A DNA stretch of 64,000 nucleotides from Piedraia hortae CBS 480.64 (lineage: Eukaryota). Under the pieces are notes generated by a model. The model was not told the DNA's origin. It saw only the letters and a program-made list of their open reading frames with translations, and searched no databases. Shown in pieces: positions 57,801 to 64,000 of the stretch. The stretch covers positions 149,440-213,439 of the forward strand of contig MU005980.1 in NCBI GenBank assembly GCA_010093745.1, in the 5' to 3' direction. The stretch's first letter is position 1; each line of letters begins with the position of its first letter. The translations under genes were made by a program, and so were the position numbers.

Positions 57801-58919
57801 TTTAGGAGCTCGTCGATCCATATCGTCGGTTTCTCTCGCTTGGGCGCAGCCGGCTTCGTCTTCGGCTCCGGCTTCTTCACTTCGGGCCGGGCAGGAGCGA
57901 TTGCGGGACTCGCGTGCGCGCCGCTGGCCGACCTGCTCTCGGGTGCAGCGGGCGCATTTATCGGTTTCGACGCCCAGCTGGCCGTAGACGGCAGCGCCGG
58001 ACGATCGGTGGCAGGACTCTGTGGCTGCTCACTACTGATCTGACGCGCCATGGGCTGTGCGGCAGATGCGACGGGCTGTTGCGATTGCGGCGGCGGGGCG
58101 CGGCCACCTTCGTGCTGGCTGGAGCCGGCGTTGAGAGCGGATAGATCGGCGCGCGAGTAGCTTTCGCTGGCCTCGCCGGCCTCGTGCAGAAACATGCAGT
58201 GTCGGTTCTGGCATTGTTCGCCGCGCAAATACGCCGAACAGTACTTTGTGGTACCGAACTGGGCGCGCAGCAGACGGTCGTTGTTTCGCGTACCGTTGAC
58301 GGCGGCGATGCACAGCTCGGCGTCCTCCTTGCGCTCGTACGTAACGTAAACACCGACGCTGCGCGGGTGCGCCGTATCCTTTGCCTTGCTAACGACAATC
58401 TTGATGATGCGTCCGTACTGGCCAAAGTACTGGTCGCCGCGCAGCATCTGCAGCAGCTGGTCTTCGTGCGTTGTCGGACTAAGACCCGTAACGTACACCA
58501 GATTCTTTTGCACGACGCGCAGCCCGGCTAGGTGCTTGCGACTGCTGTGGTCGGCCTCGGCCTTTTGCCGCTCCTTCTGCGCCGCCTGCTGCGTCTTCTT
58601 CTGCTTGGCCAGCTGCCGCTGCTTGAATGCTTGCGTTTCCTCGGCCGTGATGGCCTTGTAGACGATCTGCGAGTCATTGTAGGGTCGACGACAGGCCGGA
58701 CACAGACCGTTGAGGTTTTCCTTAACGTTGTGGTAGCAGAATTGGCAAATCTGGGCGCGTCAGTCAAGTCATCTGCGTCTCCACAGCCATCCCGCTCACC
58801 TGATATCCACACGGACATGGCCTAAAGCCCTTGTCTGAGAGATCAAACTCTTCCACGCAGAGCGGACATGTCTCCTCCTCGTCTTCGTCTATAAATTGAT
58901 CCTGCTGATTTCGTGACAT
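54835..58919 (-). CDS. NOT4: CCR4-NOT E3 ligase Not4 (RING, RRM, C3H1); intron 58751-58799; short form stops at 56786, long form splices 57078-56499
   Basis: CPLCVEEFD..F.PCPCGYQ|ICQFCY..CPACRRPY, RVVQKNLVYVTGL, YFGQYG, GTTKYCSAYLR..C...CMFLHE, ALPSTASWA. Confidence 0.92.
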
Positions 58920-59136
58920 GGTTGGAGGAACTGTGGCTGAAATAACACGGTTAGCTGCGATTAAAGCCCAGCGCAGCGGTTGCAATAGCAAAGGGAAGTG
59001 GCGAGCACCAGGCAAGGTGTGGTGCAAAGGGAGTGAAATGCGCTATGCCGTTTTAGGTCACCGCGTCGTTAACGTTGCTGCCTCAGGCATAAAATTCCAC
59101 AATCGGTCAACGTCGGTTGAGCGCTGCGCAATCGCC

Positions 59137-60112
59137 ATGGCGGCCAGAAGTTCAACAATGCGTCCTTTGTGGCTCGCGGCGCAGGTGGCAAAGGACAGCT
59201 CGGCTGGTGGCGTTGCGCGCAGGGCATTTGCTACTGCGGTGGTGCGACGGGCAGAGCATCCCCGGCAGCCAGATGAGCTCCCCAACCCGCGAAATGAGCC
59301 GCGTGATGCACAGCCGCGGAAGAATGTTCCGGTCGTAAACCCTGCTGGTATGTATAATAGCTTTTGGAAAGGTAAATAGTTGACAAACCTGCAGACAAAT
59401 ACCAAAGTCAAGCTGATGCCTTACACAAATATGGCCAATATCTGCTGTCATGTTTGCCAAAATATATCCAGCAGTATGTTTGACTGCCTGAATATCGTGT
59501 TCAGGCGTACTGATAAGTCACAGGTTTTCGGTGTGGAAGGATGAATTGACCATTTACATCGCCCCCAGCGGCGTCATCCCCGTCTTTACCTTTCTCCAGA
59601 AGCACACGGCGGCCGAGTACACCCAGGTCTCGGACATCACAGCTGTTGACTATCCCACTCGTGCCAATCGGTTCGAAATTGTTTACAACATGCTCTCTCT
59701 CCGGCACAATTCGCGGTTGAGGGTAAAGACTTATGCCGACGAGGCATCTCCTGTGCCATCGATTGCCCTCATGTATGATGGCGCAAACTGGTTCGAGCGG
59801 GAGGTGTATGATTTGTTTGGCGTCTTTTTTGTTGGTCACCCAGATCTGCGGCGAATCATGACCGATTATGGCTTCGACGGCCACCCTCTGCGAAAGGACT
59901 TCCCGTTGACGGGATACTCGGAGATTCGATTTGATGAAGAGAAGAAGCGTATCGTAGTCGAGCCCCTCGAGCTCACCCAGGCGTTTCGGAATTTTGAGGG
60001 CGGCACAGCGGCATGGGAGCAGGTTGGGCAGGGAACGGACAGGAAGCCGCAGGACTTTAAACTGCCAACGCCTAAGCCTGAACCGAAATCAGAAGGTGAA
60101 CAGAAGAAGTAG
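59137..60112 (+). CDS. NDUFS3: Complex I 30-kDa subunit (NuoC); introns 59348-59394, 59474-59523
   Basis: Mitochondrial presequence, [47 protein letters not shown]. Confidence 0.96.
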
Positions 60113-60264
60113 TATGTGTATATTTCATTTACTGTCCTAGAGAATCTGAAGACCAAATATCACACTGCAGTCCAGCTGTCGAGTAGGTTAAAGCAGGAGA
60201 CGGTGTTTCCCCTTTCATATCAGTTCATCGGCTCATGGCATATCATCAGTTCATGCCAAACCCG

Positions 60265-60438
60265 ATAGTTCATGCGGATACATCAGTCCATATCAATATA
60301 CTGGTTTATGTCAATCTATCAGTTCATGCTAATAAAACATTCCATGCTCATTTAACCATTCGTGTCAATTCAACAGTGCATGTCAATCTGATAGTACATG
60401 TTCATCTAATAGTATACTTTAATCTGACATTTCATGTG
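60265..60438 (+). repeat. Degenerate 18-bp tandem repeat (~10 units) inside the 97-aa ORF 60235-60528
   Basis: Units such as ATAGTTCATGCGGATACA / TCAGTTCATGCTAATAAA / ACAGTGCATGTCAATCTG. Confidence 0.8.
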
Positions 60439-60554
60439 GTAGCGCTGAGTTACGGAAATAAAGTCCAAGTTGAAACACCCCGCAACGTTATGTATGCCCG
60501 AGGCATACATGCGTTGACCCCGCCATGACGCGTTTGCCGCAGCCGCCAACAAGT

Positions 60555-61868
60555 ATGTTCCGACCTCAGACGAACCCAATGGATGACGCAGTTGGTAGGC
60601 CAAGAATCTGTCTGTAGAACATACAATTAATAAATCCAGTCAAGGCAACAGACGAGAACCTTACGTCAGAGAACTGGGCCTTGATCCTCGATGTTTGCGA
60701 TCGCGTCTCGGCCTCTTCAGCTGGGCCATCGAAGGCCATCTCGGCACTGATTAAACGTCTCGCGCACCGCAATGCCAATGTCCAGATCTATTCACTCGGT
60801 CTGGCCTACGCTCTCTCCCAAAACTGCGGTCAACCCTTGCATCGCGAACTCGCCAGCAAGGCCTTCACCGATGCGCTACTTCGGCTGGCCAGTGATCGTA
60901 CCACTCATCCACAGGTAAAGCAAAAGGTTATGGAACGCATGCAGGAGTGGACAGACGAATTTCGCAGCAATCCAGATCTGGGTATAATGGAGTCCGCCTA
61001 CGGCAGGCTGCGGACTCAGCAGTCGGGCCTGATGCCGCCCAGTAAACCGGGGAAACGGGAGATTAGTAGTGAAGACAGACGACGGGAAGAGGAGGAGCTT
61101 CAAATGGCGCTGGAGCTGAGCGTTCAAGAACACAAGGGCGTAAAGGCGACTCAGCAAGGAAGCGGTCAAACGGAAAAAGACGATGGCGGCGCATATGAAT
61201 CGGTCCAACACGCAACCGCCGGAGCTCAATCTGCGAGAGGAACCGCAGCGACAGTCAGCCGAGTGCGGGCTCTATACGATTTCGTCCCGTCGGAGCCCGG
61301 AGAACTGGCATTCAAAAAGAACGACGTGATTGCCGTGTTGGAGTCGGTATACAAGGACTGGTGGAAGGGTAGTCTGAGAGGCGAAACGGGCATTTTCCCA
61401 CTGAATTACGTAGAGAAACTGCCTGATCTCTCAAAAGAAGATGCCGAAAAGGACGCACAGCTGGAGGCTGAAGTCTTTGGGGAGATTGCAAACGTCGAGA
61501 AGCTTCTTGCCCTGCTAAGCGTTGGTGGTGGGCGTCGCAGCGAGCGGGACGAAGAGGAAATTGCCGACCTATACCATCAAACGGTTAGTATCCGGCCAAA
61601 GTTGATTGAACTGATTGGGAAATATTCCCAGAAAAAGGGTACGTTGTTCGTCTTGTATCCAATCAGGCTGCTGACTCTCTCAGACGATTACACACAACTA
61701 AACGAAAAGTTCATCAAAGCAAGGAGAGACTACGAAGCCTTGCTCGAGGCATCCATGGCTGCTCCACAGCATTACCATTCTGCTGCTTCTCCGCATGGCT
61801 ATGGTCAAATGCCGTATGACTACCAAAACCAACAGTGGCCTGGACGTCCAATCCAGCATCCACCATAA
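60555..61868 (+). CDS. HSE1: ESCRT-0 subunit Hse1/STAM (VHS, UIM, SH3, GAT); introns 60595-60638, 61639-61683
   Basis: MFRPQTNPMDDAV|VKATDENLTSENW, EEEELQMALELS (UIM), VRALYDF..DWWKG..GIFPLNYV (SH3). Confidence 0.94.
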
Positions 61869-61967
61869 ATTCGATGACGCCAATTGTACATTCAATTTTA
61901 GATAACAGAGGTGCATTGTACTACTTGCCTTTTACAATCTTTGCTACAGAATTCAATGGTGCCAGAA

Positions 61968-62535
61968 TCAGGATTTGTTGCTCTGCTGACCTTGCAGAAA
62001 CTGATAGGCAAAGTACGCAGCAGCGCCGCCGAGGATGAGAAACGCATAGAGGCCAATGCCGAGTCCACCTGCAGATGGAGGTGGTTTCGCTGTTGCTGTC
62101 GCACTGTGTGTCTTGGGTGAAGGATCTCCCGGCTGTTCCACAGTCAACTTCATGTCCCACCATTGACGATTGTTTGAACTCACTTGTCTCTTCAGCTCAC
62201 CAACAAGCATCTTGCTGAGAATCTCACGCGCCTCGTCACTGTGACCAACATCCTCAAAAGCCTCAGTAGCGTCTTGGCCTCCGACATCTAGCAACACTTC
62301 TTCTCCACCCCTAAGTTCCAGATACGTTAGTAACGCAGGACTTGGGCTCTGCAATCGTCAAGACATACGGGTGTTCATCCTGTCAATGTCAGCTGCGTCA
62401 TGACTGGCTTTTCCGAGCCATACGTACAACAAAACTGCCGACATTGTACACCTTGTCGTGGATGACAACTTGCAGATCGTTCTTGGTATTATGCTTGGCG
62501 ACTTCGCTATACGTGAGCTCGGGAGAAGTGGACAT
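61968..62535 (-). CDS. CYB5: Cytochrome b5 (tail-anchored), three introns including an 11-nt micro-exon
   Basis: [56 protein letters not shown]-terminal TM segment. Confidence 0.94.
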
Positions 62536-62958
62536 TTTTGCAGTTTTCCGACCAGAGACTTGCTCAAAGTCGTCTACGTCCTTTTACTCGACAAGCGCTT
62601 CGGCAATGACGTCAGAGGGGCACGTGATTCAACACGTGCATTTGTGTTTCCATCTTTTTTCTGCATGGCGCAGGCAACGTGTGAGAAATGCACAGCTGGT
62701 GAATTGCTACCAACTGCACAGCCGACTGCTGCTCCGCCCTGACTGCGGCAACTGGCACCGTTCTTGGAAGGAACAGAATCGGGCCAATTGCATTGTTCGC
62801 ACTGTGCAGGGAATGTTCCAGAAATAGCTAGGTAATTGTCTTAAGGCTGAAATCAGCGTAGTTTTGGTGGAGACTTTTGGCCGCTCAGACCAATTGCCCG
62901 CTGTTTTGACATACTGTTGCCAAAATTCGTGATTCTAGAGAACGGCCAGGTGAGTTTT

Positions 62959-62975
62959 GATTGGCTGCACGTGAT
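62959..62975 (+). promoter_or_regulatory. Candidate ER-stress element (ATTGG + CACGTG) upstream of KAR2
   Basis: GATTGGCTGCACGTG about 140 bp before the KAR2 ATG, with TATAAAA at ~63029; the UPR role is an inference. Confidence 0.3.
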
Positions 62976-63105
62976 TTGGAGGTTTCTCAAGCTGGCCTCA
63001 AGCAGAAACTGACAGCTGGAGTTCTCGTTATAAAAACGTTACCTGTGCCAAACCTCCTCCATAACCCATACAACCCTCTTGAGTGCAAGCTCACCACACA
63101 TAGCC

Positions 63106-64000
63106 ATGGCCAGGAGTCACAGCTCACGGCGAGCCGCATCCCCTTGGATGACGGTCTTCTATGTCTTTTCTCTCCTTCTGGCACCGATGCTCCTCGTGGG
63201 GCTCATACCCGCTGCACAGGCCGATGGTTCCAAAGAGTCGTCAGTGTCTGGTCCAGGTAAGTCTTGTCTAAGCTCACTGTAGTAAATCGCATCTTAATTT
63301 ATGGCAGTGATTGGCATTGATTTGGGCACAACATATTCGTGTGTAGGCATCATGAAGGGCGGCAAGGTTGAGATCCTTGTCAATGACCAAGGCAACCGCA
63401 TCACACCGTCATGGGTGGCATGGAACGATGAAGAGCGTCTGGTCGGAGACGCGGCAAAGAATCAATACGCCTCTAATCCCCAGCGCACCGTCTTCGACAT
63501 CAAGCGTTTGATTGGCCGAAAATACGACGATAGGGATGTGCAAAAGGACATCAAGCACTTTCCGTTCAAGGTCATAAACAAGGGCGGCCAACCGCGGGTA
63601 AAAGTTGACGTCAAGGGCGAGGAGAAGACGTTCACGCCCGAAGAGGTTTCGTCTATGGTATTGGGCAAGATGAAGGAGGTTGCCGAGAACTATCTGAATG
63701 AAAAGGTCACCAACGCGGTCGTCACTGTGCCGGCCTACTTCAATGACGCTCAACGTGCGGCTACCAAGGACGCCGGAACCATTGCCGGCCTCAACGTCAT
63801 GCGCATTGTCAATGAGCCCACAGCCGCCGCTCTCGCCTACGGCCTCGACAAGTCGGACAAGGAGCGCCAAATCATCGTCTACGATCTTGGTGGTGGCACA
63901 TTCGATGTCTCGGTTTTGACAGTGGACCACGGTGTCTTTGAAGTTCAGGCGACGGCTGGCGACACTCATCTCGGCGGTGAAGACTTTGACCAGCGGGTTG
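63106..64000 (+). CDS. KAR2: ER Hsp70 chaperone BiP (partial; intron 63257-63307)
   Basis: Signal peptide, then [62 protein letters not shown]. Confidence 0.97.

Noticed and set aside
60215..60440. CRISPR-like array
   Set aside because: Contiguous degenerate 18-mers with no unique spacers, eukaryotic context and no cas genes.

Overview
Eukaryotic DNA from a filamentous ascomycete (Pezizomycotina, inferred from short GT-AG introns with CTRAC-like branch sites and typical fungal orthologs), with two scaffold gaps (3689-4413, 12628-13202). Three compact blocks of housekeeping genes: ~1-15.7 kb (coiled-coil protein, ALT1, two MFS transporters, BFR2, MAM3, BSD protein), ~31.7-48.7 kb (GPI repeat protein, acyl-CoA dehydrogenase, YAP1, SPF30, ATG13, MsrB, DUG2, a bacterial MobA-like hydroxylase) and ~54.8-64 kb (NOT4, NDUFS3, HSE1, CYB5, KAR2). 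Two gene-poor islands of decayed mobile DNA separate them (~15.9-31.6 kb, ~48.7-54.7 kb). These hold hAT, Ty1/copia and Ty3/gypsy relics, a ~306-bp solo-LTR family with two alternative ends, ~120-bp elements with non-canonical AG..CT termini and perfect 5-bp target duplications, and a 324-bp inverted repeat with a 267-bp identical core around a 903-bp spacer. Other notable points: an intronless bacterial-type 3-hydroxybenzoate hydroxylase at an island edge, an in-frame short/long splice choice in NOT4, and a hexapeptide-repeat micro-ORF. All family assignments come from motif recognition by eye; no database search was run.
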